Assembly (NCBI GenBank): GCA_964016885.1
Contig: OZ024741.1
Coordinates: 124,248,001 to 124,312,000 of the forward strand
DNA length: 64,000 nt
Reading direction: 5' to 3'
Source: Eledone cirrhosa
Lineage: Eukaryota
Made by a program: the position numbers and the translations under genes. Positions 28,951 through 42,308 of this stretch are shown here, piece by piece (position 1 is the first letter of the stretch; each line of letters starts with the position of its first letter). The notes under the pieces were generated by a model. It did no database searches. It saw nothing but the letters and a program-made list of their open reading frames with translations, and was not told the origin of the DNA.

Positions 28951-29073
28951 GCACAGATATATATATGTCCGTATGGATTTACCGAACATTTATTATAATG
29001 ATCGGTGTGTTTGTAAACAAACATCCCGAATTAAGCCGTACAGTGTTTAGCAACCATCGTTGCTCCTTTGTTC
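28038..29073 (-). mobile_element. Tandem oligomer of HHR-bearing family B
   Basis: Blocks repeat at 28038/28785 and 28185/28495/28970. HHRs ACGGUG-CUGACGA-...-GAAA-(AUAC/CUAG)-UA-CAUCGU at 28305-28347 and 28617-28659. Confidence 0.8.
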
Positions 29074-29869
29074 GTTTTCCGAAAATCGCCAATTTATATA
29101 TAATAAATAATATAATATGTACAATGTATAAATAAATATTATATTTTGTTTATTTTACTACACTTATATATATGTATCATTTGATATTTAATATACATTA
29201 TATCATCTCTACCCCTACCCACCGCACCCTGAGGCCCCAGATCCCCGGGACCTTCTCTGCATCCCCGGCGAGAACCTTTGGTTTGGATGGGAGGTGTTCA
29301 AAATGTTCAATAAAATAAATAAGCTCATCAGATTCCACTCACGCATTGTACTGACGTGCGTATATTTAAAGTAATTCTCAAGGATATTCAGTCATACAGT
29401 GTGTGCGTGTCTGTATGTGTGTCTCTGTGTGTCTGTGTCTCTGTGTGTCTGTGTGTCTGCGTGTGTGTGTGTCTGTGTGTGTGTTAGAAGTTGGCACTTT
29501 GAATTACAGCAGCAGTAGCCTAGAACGTCTTCGAGTTTCCGTCTCCCAATTTCATTCACAAGGCAAGGGTTAACCCGAGTTTATGGAAAATGACAATTAC
29601 CTACAGTGCCAGGTAGAGAGATTTAACACCGAGACTATTTAATTGCAGTATCAACCTTGTAACTTTTTTTTTAAGGTACCCAACAAGCATTTTTTATTTC
29701 TATAAATATACATCGATGTTTATTTTTAAAATAAAATTTAGTAAGAAAAAAAGGTGTGTGTGGGGTGGGGTGGGGGGAGGCAAAAAGAAAGAAAGACTGG
29801 GGAAATATAGAAAATAAGAGAGAAAGAAAGAAGAAAAAGAACGAGAGCTCAGGTGACGCAGAAGAGAGT

Positions 29870-30915
29870 GGAGGGTGAGGGTGATTGGGCTTTGGTCAAG
29901 ACGGCCAAAGCATTCCTCCGCGCGATGACCAGTCACACCCACTGCAACAACCACCCAACTTCCTGGGGTTCCCTCCTCAGACGGACCGCCGACGTCCCGA
30001 TCTTGCGGAGGATTTGGCAATACGGTGTCCAAGTACGCCTGAGGTCTCGACGGCAACCGGTGCGAAGAGGAAGCGACCGGACAAACCCCGGTATCTTTTT
30101 TTACTTCTTCTGCGAAGCGGGCTGCGATGCCGGGATTTGTGGTCGAAGTGACTAAGCTGGAGCCAGAGAACGTGTTACAGCAGGTGGCGTCCCAACATGA
30201 GGTATCTACCTCCTTCGAATGGGAAGAGGGCGATTCCGTCGGGGGGATTACCAACTCTGCGATATAGGCCTGCTGGCTCCAGGTGAGATGGAAAGTCAGC
30301 TGCGTCTAGGCTCCTTCTCAATATCTCGTTGAGAGCGGCGTATCGAGAAAAAATACGCCGCTCGGGAGAATCTGGCCGCAAACCAGAGGGTGCAGGCTGA
30401 ACTTGTCAACAACTGCCCCGCAGCGGTATTTATGTGCCTCACACACATGGAGGCCAAGGCGTTGGGCTACTCCGATGCGAGGGCAGTCATCATCAAGTAT
30501 TTAAGCGGTTAGGGAGGAGGGCACCGAATTGAGCCACACGCCGCTGTTGTGCGGAGAAGTGGATTGGTGGCAGGCGAGGCGGTGTTGGTCAAAGCCAGAC
30601 GCGATCCGCCTGACAGAGGACATGCAATTGATGTCATCCCAGCCACGTTGGACCGTAGTATACTGGGAGGATATAGAGGCATTCGCCTATCCAGTAGGCC
30701 AGAGCCTGTTCAATCTCAAAGAGCAGGCCAGATTTGGCCGTCTGGCTGAGAACCTCGGTGATGAGAGCGTGACAAGAGATAGAGGAGGAGTAGGCAAGTA
30801 AATTAGGTCCGAATCTGATTGGAGGTCGAGGCCACTGAACCTCGCTGGGAATGTCACCTATTACCAGCCTGTACTATCGAGACTGAAATTGAAAATGCTA
30901 TTCAGCTACTTTTGT
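29870..30915 (-). pseudogene. CRE-clade non-LTR retrotransposon 3' fragment (restriction-like endonuclease)
   Basis: Frameshifted minus-strand motifs SGVWLNSVP..DDDCPRIGVAQRLG, CGAVVD..HPL, RYAALNEILRRSL..LEP..PDG, WDATCCNT, FAPVAVETSG. GC-rich relative to flanks. Confidence 0.75.
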
Positions 30916-31299
30916 TCATTAAGGCATAAACTAGATTAGGTGTCAAGTTTAACATATTTATTTGAACAAGTTTAACATATTTATTGAACACGTTTAACAT
31001 ATTTATTTGGAGCAAAGATTGGGAAATAAAAAATGGATGCAGACTCTGCACACGGAGTATGTAAAACCGCAATCAGATCCGCATACTCACTTATTGAAAG
31101 GAATAAATCTCAAATATTTGAAAATCGAATTAAACTGCGTTTTCTATTACGAATGTTGTTAACGATTATTTTCATACAGTTAATATAGAAAATTCTCACT
31201 GAAATAAATAATCTTAACAAACAGTTATAGACATGAATATTTTCACGGGACATCTTACTCCAAATAGATTTGCTTCGCAGTACTTAAATAATAGAGAAG

Positions 31300-31406
<107 letters not shown>

Positions 31407-31421
31407 TATATATATATATAT

Positions 31422-34140
31422 ATTAGTTTTGCGAGGTTTTTTATATGAAATCGTGTGTCGAAACAGATATTGTTATATTTGGGGAGGGTCATATTTGCGT
31501 AATATTGCCAGAATTAATAACAGAACACACTCACTGTTTGGTTGGTTTTCGCTTCTCGCTGTCTTTTATATATATATATCTGCGATCTAACTTACTCGGT
31601 CCTCAATGTTGCCATTGACTGACCGGCGGTCAAAAATAATACAGATACAATATAGACACAAACACATATATATAGTTTACATAATTTACATAAATCTTTC
31701 GTTGCACATCTGCAACATCGTCAGTGGTGTTATATTCATTGTTCCTCCTGTTGTGTTGTATGTCTACGCCATTTTTTTTTTGTTCAGTCTGTCTATATAT
31801 TTATTTATTTATTTGCTTGTTTGTTTATCTTATTTTATTTTGCACAACTAACACACGATGGGAGAGAAAAAATCCTCAACGCTCACATGATGATGTGGAC
31901 TGACATCCTAAAGCCAAGCAGACGCACTGCCAACAACTTCCAGGCGTCTAACAATGGCATACCACCCTTGTATGGGCTCCGCAAGGACCACAAGACAGTC
32001 GACGACCCGACAACAGGACCACCAACAAGACCCGTATGCGGAGCTAATATAGCTAGCAACTACAGGATCTCCTACTTCCTCTCAATGGTTATACGCCCCA
32101 TAATCAAGATGTCCCCAGATGTATGTGAAAGTACAGAGGACCTCCTCAGCAGAATCAGTGAGTGCAACAAAAACAGGAGCCTATCCAACTGCATAATAGG
32201 CAGCATGGATGTGGTGTCACTGTACCCATCCATTAACATTGATTTTGCTGTGAAAAGATGTGTGGAGATGATCATTGAGAGTGAGGTGGAGTTCTGCGAC
32301 GTCGACACAGACGAACTGGGCCTCCTACTTAGACTTACCTACGACACTGACTACCTAGACAGCCATGACCTTAGATGTTTCTGCCCTAGTAGACCTATAA
32401 GAGGTAGACCCCCCACCATAACCTCAATGGCTAAAAAGACTCCCATAGGAAGGTGGATTGGGTGGACCAAAGCTATACGGACCCCCCAAAACACTGATCA
32501 GGTAAGAAAAATGGTCGCACATGCAATAGGGGCTAGTATCAAAACTACCCTAAAGGGCCACATATTTAAGTTCAATGAGAAAATCTACACCCAAAATGAG
32601 GGAGCAGCCATCGGCGTCAGCATAGCTGGTGATGTTGCCAACCTTTTCATGGTATGGTGGGAAAGGAGACTTAAAGATCTCCTTAATGAAAGCTCCATAG
32701 ACCTCATCATGTACTCTCGTTATGTAGACGATATCAATATAGTTATAAGAACACCCCCACTAGAGAGCACTAACAAGTTTGATTTAGAACGTAGCACGAT
32801 GGAAAGCATCCAGCAGATAGCTAATTCCATACACCAGAGTATAACTGTAACTATAGACTTCCCTTCCAAACACCCTAACAATAGACTACCTGTATTAGAC
32901 ACAGAACTCTGGATTAACACTATAGACGAGAGAGCCCAAATTCTCCACTCACACTATGCTAAACCCATGGCCTCCAAATACCTGATACTCAAAAACTTAG
33001 CAATGTCCAGTAGTGCTAAGTTTAATATTCTGATCGCAGATTTGGTACGAGTGATGAAGAATGTGTCCAGCATGTGCGACCCAACAGAAATGGAAGGACA
33101 CATCCAACACTTCATCAACCGCATGCAGTTCTCTGGCTACAACCAAAGAGACAGAGTCAGAGTATACGAAGGAGCCATGGAAAAGTATAAGACCCTCATA
33201 GAACTGGACATGAAAGGAATTTGCCCACTATACAGGAGCAAATCATGGAATAGCTTAGATAGGGCTAGACATAAGATAGGGAAGGCCACATCATGGTACG
33301 ACAACCAGAGATATCAGAGTGTCATGTTTGTGGACGCCACCCCTGGGGGAAATTAGCTAACCAGTGTAGAAAGGCCCTGAGAAAGACCCACTTAAAAATA
33401 AAGGTGGTAGAAAAGCCAGGAACCACCATAAAATCCCCGATCAGCAAAACCTACCCTTTTAAGAAAACCCACTGTACCAATAGGAAATGTATCATTTGTA
33501 AGGTGAACCCCCGGATAAACTGTAAAACTAGAAACGTAGTCTATTGCATAAGATGTACAGAGGGTACTTGCAGAAACATGACAACAACATACATAGGTGA
33601 GACAGCTCGTAGCATAGGTGAAAGGATAGACCAACACTGGGGGGAACTAAAAGGACGAAAAAACGGGTCAGTACTATACGAACATGCTAGACAACAACAT
33701 GACGGTAACATAGACAACATAGAAATTAGAATAATATCTAAACATAGGAATGACCCAGCAGATAGGCAAATCAGAGAGGCCAGTGAAATAGAAATTAGAA
33801 GACCAAAGCTAAACAAAAAGAATGAGTGGAACAACAACAACACCCAAACAAACAACACTGACCTAAGAGAAGTATAAATAAGTAAATAAAATTAAATAAA
33901 ATAAAATAAGATAAATAAATACATACACAAGCACATAAACACACACTAGTCACCCAGCAGACACAACACTATACACACTAGTCACACATCACACTATACA
34001 CACACGCAAACGCATGCGCAAAGAAGACAAACTAAAATAAGATAAACAAACAAGCAAATAAATAAATAAATATATAGACAGACTGAACAAAAAAAAAATG
34101 ACGTAGACATACAACACAACAGGAGGAACAATGAATATAA
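31422..34140 (+). mobile_element. Penelope-like retroelement: inverted 5' pLTR, 5'-truncated RT-EN ORF, partial 3' pLTR
   Basis: 31422-31840 is the reverse complement of the pLTR (matches 34030-34140 and 49960-50322). It contains an HHR motif at 31687-31728(-) and abuts (TA)n. Confidence 0.92.
31842..33877 (+). CDS. Penelope-like reverse transcriptase plus C-terminal GIY-YIG endonuclease; one frameshift at ~33350
   Basis: LYGLRKDHK, RPV, SMDVVSLYPSI, GAAIG, YSRYVDDI, LPVLD. Second frame gives CxxxxCxxC, NVVYCIRC, YIGETARS, H, RQIREA, LN. Confidence 0.92.
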
Positions 34141-35089
34141 TGATGACATTTTATTAAGTCACAAAATTAGTCAGTCAGCCATAGAACAAGGATCAGGTGG
34201 CAAAAACATTGGCAAAAATGTGTGTCAATCTAAGATTTCCAACATTGTTCAAATGAATCATATCTGGTTTGAAGGCAGATTTGTCAAATTTTGACCAATT
34301 TTCAATGTTGTGAAGATTGGGCAAGTTCAATTTTTGAATCATGCAGTAATTAAACTTTCCCAAACGTCGTCATTTCTGGATTACCTCCCCTAGCGTCACG
34401 CTTACTACTCACTCACTTGAACACAAGATTTATCAGCAAACTTTGATTATAAACTTTTTCCCGCTGGACCAAATTTCTAGATTTTTAAGCCAAAAGATCC
34501 GTAATGATCTACTGTTCATGCTCATATAAGCTTTATCTCAGTTAAATAATGTAGAGCCGCGCTGTACTGTCGTAAACGGACGATTGCCAACGAAAACACG
34601 ACCACAACAATATTACTAAACGGACTACCGTCCGTTTAGGATATATATATATAATACTTATAAAATGGAATTTTCTTTGTTTGTAAGTTAACCGCTAATA
34701 GAACTAAACCAAATAGGTAATATGTAAGATTTTTCGTGTGGTTTCATCTAATCTGAACTCCGATATGTTCACAATCGACCTTTTTCCTAAAATGGAATGA
34801 GGGCGTGGTATGGGAGACAGTGGTATGTTCCCAGGTTCAGAGGTCTCTTTAGTGGGAATTTTCTTTTTTTTTTAACTTTTTTTCGACCGATCTGACTTCC
34901 AACTCACTCGCCAACGACTCCTTTTCCCTAAAATGAAGGTGGGATGGGTGATAGACACTCAGAGTTATAGATTAGCATATCTCGGCCGCTTAAATACACA
35001 CACATATATATATATTTATATTCACACACATATCTATCTCAATATATATATATATATATACACACACACATATATATATACACACACAC

Positions 35090-35156
<67 letters not shown>

Positions 35157-35177
35157 CACACACGTATATATATACAC

Positions 35178-35247
<70 letters not shown>

Positions 35248-36346
35248 TGCTCGGTTTGTTGTTTTTTTCACTGCTTTTTCACTGTATTCTTTTCCTTCCC
35301 TTTTGTTTTCCTTCCTTCCCTCCTCCGTTTTCCCAATAACCTATCCAATTACTGACGCTCTGGGCGGTAGATATATTGTCTTTAAAGCGTAGAAATATCC
35401 GAGACCCCCTGTAGACAACTGATTAGGAAAACTCTCCCCCGTTCTTGCTTTCTTCTTACTGCCACTCCATTCTAAGCTACCTTAAATAGCAACTACACAG
35501 CCATTTCTATTCTCCATATATATATATCAGCTAGACCATTATATATATCAGCTAGACCATTACTCACCAGAGTACTCGATACTTGGGGTAGTAGAGTGGA
35601 CAATATGAACAAATTCAGAACCCCGACGGCTGAGCTCCGGGCGTTTCGACAGCCAAATCCGAACGTGTTTCCAGATCTAGCTGTCTTTATAATATATATA
35701 CATATATATGATATAGATGTAGATGTAGTGTTAGTACATGTTTAATTAGTTGATAGTTAGGCTTGTGTTTTTAATACTCCAATTAATTAATAGATTTGAA
35801 GTTAGCAAAATATTGCACTTCACGTCGTATGCATCTTTCCTGCAGTGTAGCAACAATTGGGAAATGGATGACGTAGCATGTGTAAAATAATTAGTATGAA
35901 GATAAGATTTATATTATTCCATTTATTAGGTGCTTCACGGACATACGTATTTCTGTGGTGTCAGCTTTTGTTATGCAATGAAACTACTATGTAATTATGA
36001 CAACACCTCTTCAGAGAGCCACGTTCCATGTAAATATACTGATATGGAAATGGACCAATTTTAGATGCTGTACTTTCAAGATTTAATCTCTAGATGATTT
36101 AATAATACTTAATTTCATTCTGCGTAAATGTAATATAGCACATTATACATTCGTTGTCAAATAACATATATTTTATTCGTTAACACAACACAACACAGAA
36201 GAATTAGCATGAGACGAAACGCACACATACACATTTATTTATGTACATGTTACCCAGGCACATATTCATATCTACACAAACAGATGCATTACTGTACATG
36301 GCATATTCAATTTCTTGATGCACTCGTGTATATATATATATATATA

Positions 36347-39300
36347 TTGGATTAAATGCTCTGAAATAGCGATATATATGTGAAGATAGACATAGAATAT
36401 TCGAAAATATTCTGTATGTTTATAATAAACATTTTGAAGACCTAATCGCTATAGAATAGAATACGTCACGTATTACAATTAGATTCTCGATAAAAGCAAG
36501 GGAAGTAACCTACGCGTTTCATTCTTATTAGAAATCTTCAGGATTACATATCCAGTGCTTTTATCGAGAATGACACAGCTAGAGACTTATAGAATACTTA
36601 GCTGTGTACAGGAACTGGTTTGAAAGAGCGGTTGCCGGTCCGGCAGAAATTAGAAATTGGATTAAATGCTATGAAATAGCGATATATATGTGAAGATAGA
36701 CATAGAATATTCGAAAATATTCTGTATGTTTATAATAAACATTTTGAAGACCTAATCGCTATAGAATAGAATACGTCACGTATTACAATTAGATTCTCGA
36801 TAAAAGCAAGGGAAGTAACCTACGCGTTTCATTCTTATTAGAAATCTTCAGGATTACATATCCAGTGCTTTTATCGAAAATGACACAGCTAGAGACTTAT
36901 AGAATACTTAGCTGTGTACAGGAACTGGTTTGAAAGAGCGGTTGCCGGTCCGGCAGAAATTAGAAATTGGATTAAATGCTATGAAATAGCGATATATATG
37001 TGAAGATAGACATAGAATATTCGAAAATATTCTGTATGTTTATAATAAACATTTTGAAGACCTAATCGCTATAGAATAGAATACGTCACGTATTACAATT
37101 AGATTCCCGATAAAAGCAAGGGAAGTAACCTACGCGTTTCATTCTTATTAGAAATCTTCAGGATTACATATCCAGTGCTTTTATCGAGAATGACACAGCT
37201 AGAGACTTATAGAATACTTAGCTGTGTACAGGAACTGGTTTGAAAGAGCGGTTGCCGGTCCGGCAGAAATTAGAAATTGGATTAAATGCTCGGAAATAGC
37301 GATATATATGTGAAGATAGACATAGAATATTGGAAAATATTCTGTATGTTTATAATAAACATTTTGAAGACCTAATCGCTATAGAATAGAATACGTCACG
37401 TATTACAATTAGATTCTCGATAAAAGCAAGGGAAGTAACCTACGCGTTTCATTCTTATTAGAAATCTTCAGGATTACATATCCAGTGCTTTTATCGAAAA
37501 TGACACAGCTAGAGACTTATAGAATACTTAGCTGTGTACAGGAACTGGTTTGAAAGAGCGGTTGCCGGTCCGGCAGAAATTAGAAATTGGATTAAATGCT
37601 ATGAAATAGCGATATATATGTGAAGATAGACATAGAATATTCGAAAATATTCTGTATGTTTATAATAAACATTTTGAAGACCTAATCGCTATAGAATAGA
37701 ATACGTCACGTATTACAATTAGATTCCCGATAAAAGCAAGGGAAGTAACCTACGCGTTTCATTCTTATTAGAAATCTTCAGGATTACATATCCAGTGCTT
37801 TTATCGAGAATGACACAGCTAGAGACTTATAGAATACTTAGCTGTGTACAGGAACTGGTTTGAAAGAGCGGTTGCCGGTCCGGCAGAAATTAGAAATTGG
37901 ATTAAATGCTCTGAAATAGCGATATATATGTGAAGATAGACATAGAATATTCGAAAATATTCTGTATGTTTATAATAAACATTTTGAAGACCTAATCGCT
38001 ATAGAATAGAATACGTCACGTATTACAATTAGATTCTCGATAAAAGCAAGGGAAGTAACCTACGCGTTTCATTCTTATTAGAAATCTTCAGGATTACATA
38101 TCCAGTGCTTATATATCGCTATTTCAGAGCATTTAATCCAATTTCTAATTTCTGCCGGACCGGCAACCGCTCTTTCAAACCAGTTCCTGTACACAGCTAA
38201 GTATTCTATAAGTCCCTAGCTGTGTCATTCTCGATAAAAGCACTGGATATGTAATCCTGAAGATTTCTAATAAGAATGAAACGCGTAGGTTACTTCCCTT
38301 GCTTTTATCGAGAATCTAATTGTAATACGTGACGTATTCTATTCTATAGCGATTAGGTCTTCAAAATGTTTATTATAAACATACAGAATATTTTCGAATA
38401 TTCTATGTCTATCTTCACATATATATCGCTATTTCAGAGCATTTAATCCAATTTCTAATTTCTGCCGGACCGGCAACCGCTCTTTCAAACCAGTTCCTGT
38501 ACACAGCTAAGTATTCTATAAGTCTCTAACTGTGTCATTCTCGATAAAAGCACTGGATATGTAATCCTGAAGATTTCTAATAAGAATGAAACGAGTAGGT
38601 TACTTCCCTTGCTTTTATCGAGAATCTAATTGTAATACGTGACGTATTCTATTCTATAGCGATTAGGTCTTCAAAATGTTTATTATAAACATACAGAATA
38701 TTTTCGAATATTCTATGTCTATCTTCACATATATATCGCTATTTCAGAGCATTTAATCCAATTTCTAATTTCTGCCGGACCGGCAACCGCTCTTTCAAAC
38801 CAGTTCCTGTACACAGCTAAGTATTCTATAAGTCTCTAGCTGTGTCATTCTCGATAAAAGCACTGGATATGTAATCCTGAAGATTTCTAATAAGAATCAA
38901 ACGCGTAGGTTACTTCCCTTGCTTTTATCGAGAATCTAATTGTAATACGTGACGTATTCTATTCTATAGCGATTAGGTCTTCAAAATGTTTATTATAAAC
39001 ATACAGAATATTTTCGAATATTCTATGTCTATCTTCACATATATATCGCTATTTCAGAGCATTTAATCCAATTTCTAATTTCTGCCGGACCGGCAACCGC
39101 TCTTTCAAACCAGTTCCTGTACACAGCTAAGTATTCTATAAGTCTCTAGCTGTGTCATTCTCGATAAAAGCACTGGATATGTAATCCTGAAGATTTCTAA
39201 TAAGAATGAAACGCGTAGGTTATTTCCCTTGCTTTTATCGAGAATCTAATTGTAATACGTGACGTATTCTATTCTATAGCGATTAGGTCTTCAAAATGTT

Positions 39301-39961
39301 TATTATAAACATACAGAATATTTTCGAATATTCTATGTCTATCTTCACATATATATCGCTATTTCAGAGCATTTAATCCAATTTCTAATTTCTGCCGGAC
39401 CGGCAACCGCTCTTTCAAACCAGTTCCTGTACACAGCTAAGTATTCTATAAGTCTCTAGCTGTGTCATTCTCGATAAAAGCACTGGATATGTAATCCTGA
39501 AGATTTCTAATAAGAATGAAACGCGTAGGTTACTTCCCTTGCTTTTATCGAGAATCTAATTGTAATACGTGACGTATTCTATTCTATAGCGATTAGGTCT
39601 TCAAAATATTTATTATAAACATACAGAATATTTCCAATATTCTATGTCTATCTTCACATATATATCGCTATTTCAGAGCATTTAATCCAATTTCTAATTT
39701 CTGCCGGACCGGCAACCGCTCTTTCAAACCAGTTCCTGTACACAGCTAAGTATTCTATAAGTCTCTAGCTGTGTCATTCTCGATAAAAGCACTGGATATG
39801 TAATCCTGAAGATTTCTAATAAGAATGAAACGCGTAGGTTACTTCCCTTGCTTTTATCGAGAATCTAATTGTAATACGTGACGTATTCTATTCTATAGCG
39901 ATTAGGTCTTCAAAATGTTTATTATAAACATACAGAATATTTTCGAATATTCTATGTCTAT

Positions 39962-39964
<3 letters not shown>
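36347..39964. repeat. Palindromic tandem array of 310-bp hammerhead-containing monomers (retrozyme-like)
   Basis: Period of 310 (ATTAAATGCT at 36351, 36661, 36971, 37281, 37591, 37901). Orientation flips at 38110/38111; reverse units start at 38111, 38421, 38731, 39041, 39351 and 39660. Both ends abut (TA)n. Confidence 0.97.
38227..38315 (+). ncRNA. Type I hammerhead ribozyme of the 310-bp monomer (representative of 12 copies)
   Basis: GUAAUC-CUGAAGA-U-UUCU-aaua-AGAA-U-GAAA-CGCG-UA|GGUUAC. Distal stem I is 16 perfect bp (AUUCUCGAUAAAAGCA/UGCUUUUAUCGAGAAU). Cores start at 38251, 38561, 38871, 39181, 39491, 39800 (+); minus-strand cores have left coordinates 36505, 36815, 37125, 37435, 37745, 38055. 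Confidence 0.9.
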
Positions 39965-40027
<63 letters not shown>

Positions 40028-40068
40028 TAAAATAAAAGATTAAAGTTTAAGCAAAGAATCGCTGCTTT

Positions 40069-40128
<60 letters not shown>

Positions 40129-40180
40129 AAGATATTAATAAATATTTATAAAACCATATATATATTTATAAAACCATATT

Positions 40181-41100
40181 TATTTTATTATATATATATT
40201 TAAAGGGCGACCAAGCCAGTCTTGGTGCGCTTTCATCAGATAAAATACAAAATTTGTTTTATAAATAACGACATACCCATGGAAATCAACCTTAACTGTT
40301 GGAAATTCGCTGGATGATGGAAACTTATTAGGGGTAATTCAAAGTTATGTGTGAATATGCAAATGAATGTATGAAACATTGAAAAAGCAACCGTGTATTT
40401 AAATTACGCTGGGGAAAGATAGGGAGGAAAAGGAAGTAAGAGAGAGAGATTGAAAAAAAAATTACTGTTATTAGATAGATAGAGTGATAGAGAGAAGAAA
40501 GAAATTTATCAGAGAATGAACACATGTAACGCAAATAGGTCTTAAGTTTATATAAAGTTTATATTGATGTTACGTATATTTACTAATTATTGTTAGAATT
40601 CTAATATAATACTATAATATTTACTATTATAAGTATATAGAAAAAATAGATATATAGAAAAAATAAATATATATAATGATATATTAGAAAAAAAATTGAA
40701 AACAAATAGATATAAATTTGAAAATAAGAGAATCAATAGATAGAAAAATATAGATATAAGAATAGATATATGAGTGGATAAATGGGTATATCATGTTATA
40801 GATAATTGTTTTAATAAGTTATGAGGGATACTGGTTTATATTTAATGTAAGTAATTAAATTAACTGAGTTAATAAGATTATTTATATGTTTTTAAAGTTT
40901 TAAATTGGTAAGATAATGAAAATTCCAGTTTTGTTTATTTATTAGTTAGTATGAGACCATTTTGACGAAGATATAAATGTTGAAAGATATATTTAGCCAG
41001 AATTAGTTATTGGTTATAACTTTAATATTAAATAATTAAAAAATATTAAAAGTATTAAAAAATATTAAAAAATATTAAAAAATATTAAAATATTAAAAGT
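40181..41100 (-). mobile_element. Heavily decayed PLE 3' end with mutated HHR (40181-40248)
   Basis: UAUUUUAU-CUGAUGA-AAGcGCaCCAAG..CUUGG..GCcCUU-UAAA-UAUAUAUA-UA-AUAAAAUA, with G12 lost. Only faint endonuclease-like translation upstream. Confidence 0.45.
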
Positions 41101-41915
41101 TCTGGAAAACATTCTGGAAAACATTTTCTGGAAAAAATTTCTGGTAAAAACAAAAAAAAATTTCTTTCTAAATCTCAGATGATACTCAAATAACCCTTAA
41201 AAAAAAAATTCTTAAAAAGTACTTAAACTATTTAAAATGTTAAAAAACATTTAAAATATTTAAAAATATAAAAAAATATTAAAAAAAAAAAAAAAATTTA
41301 AAATAATCTTTAAAAAGTAATTTTAATCTAAAACGAAATAAGTAACTTTTAAAAATAAGTAATTTTTAAATATATGAGATATTTTATAAATAAAATAATT
41401 AATGAGATATTTTAGAAGTAAAATAAAATAATGAGAGATTTAAGCAGTAAAAAATAAAGATTTAAGAAGTAAAAAATATTAAAATTAGAGTTAAACTTAA
41501 AATTAAAAAAATGTTAATAAGTTAAATTATAGGCATTGGAATAAAGTAAACATTATGTAAAAAAAATTTATAAGTGTAATTATATTTTATATATTATTCT
41601 AAACGTGCTTTGAATTCAGATCATACAGGGAGGTAATTCTATGCTTCAAAGCATGGCGTCCGACCCTCCACCGATACTGCCAATCCACCAATAATGTTCT
41701 TCTTTTACTTCCTAGCTGTATATTCTTAGCATAATTTCAAACCCCGAGCAACGCCGGGTAAATCTGCTAGTATATAATAAAATAAATATAGTTTTATAAA
41801 TATAGTTTCCATTTATTAATATCTTGGAATATTTACTCCAGTAAACTGATGAGTGCCCTATATTACTTATAAACATCTTTGTTTGTCGGAATTCCAACAA
41901 ATTAAATATAACTTC

Positions 41916-41979
<64 letters not shown>

Positions 41980-42242
41980 AGTATCTGTGTGTGTGTGTGT
42001 GAGTGTGTGTGTTATTTAGTAAAGAGTAACAGAAACACAAGCATAAACACAAAGATAATTCCCGCTCATTGGCTGTCTTCTGTGATCAATGATGTTTCGA
42101 ACGCATTAAAGACAGTACACCTCACCACACTGCGTTGATAACTAAGGGAAATAGTCATCCGGGAAAAACAGGTGATATCGGGGAGAACGACAAAAAAAAG
42201 AAAACAAAATAAGAAAAACATACCGATAGAGAAGAGGAAACA

Positions 42243-42307
<65 letters not shown>

Positions 42308-42308
<1 letters not shown>

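Noticed and set aside
36347-39964. CRISPR array or plain satellite
   Set aside because: Units are near-identical along their whole length with no unique spacers, and each carries a foldable HHR.
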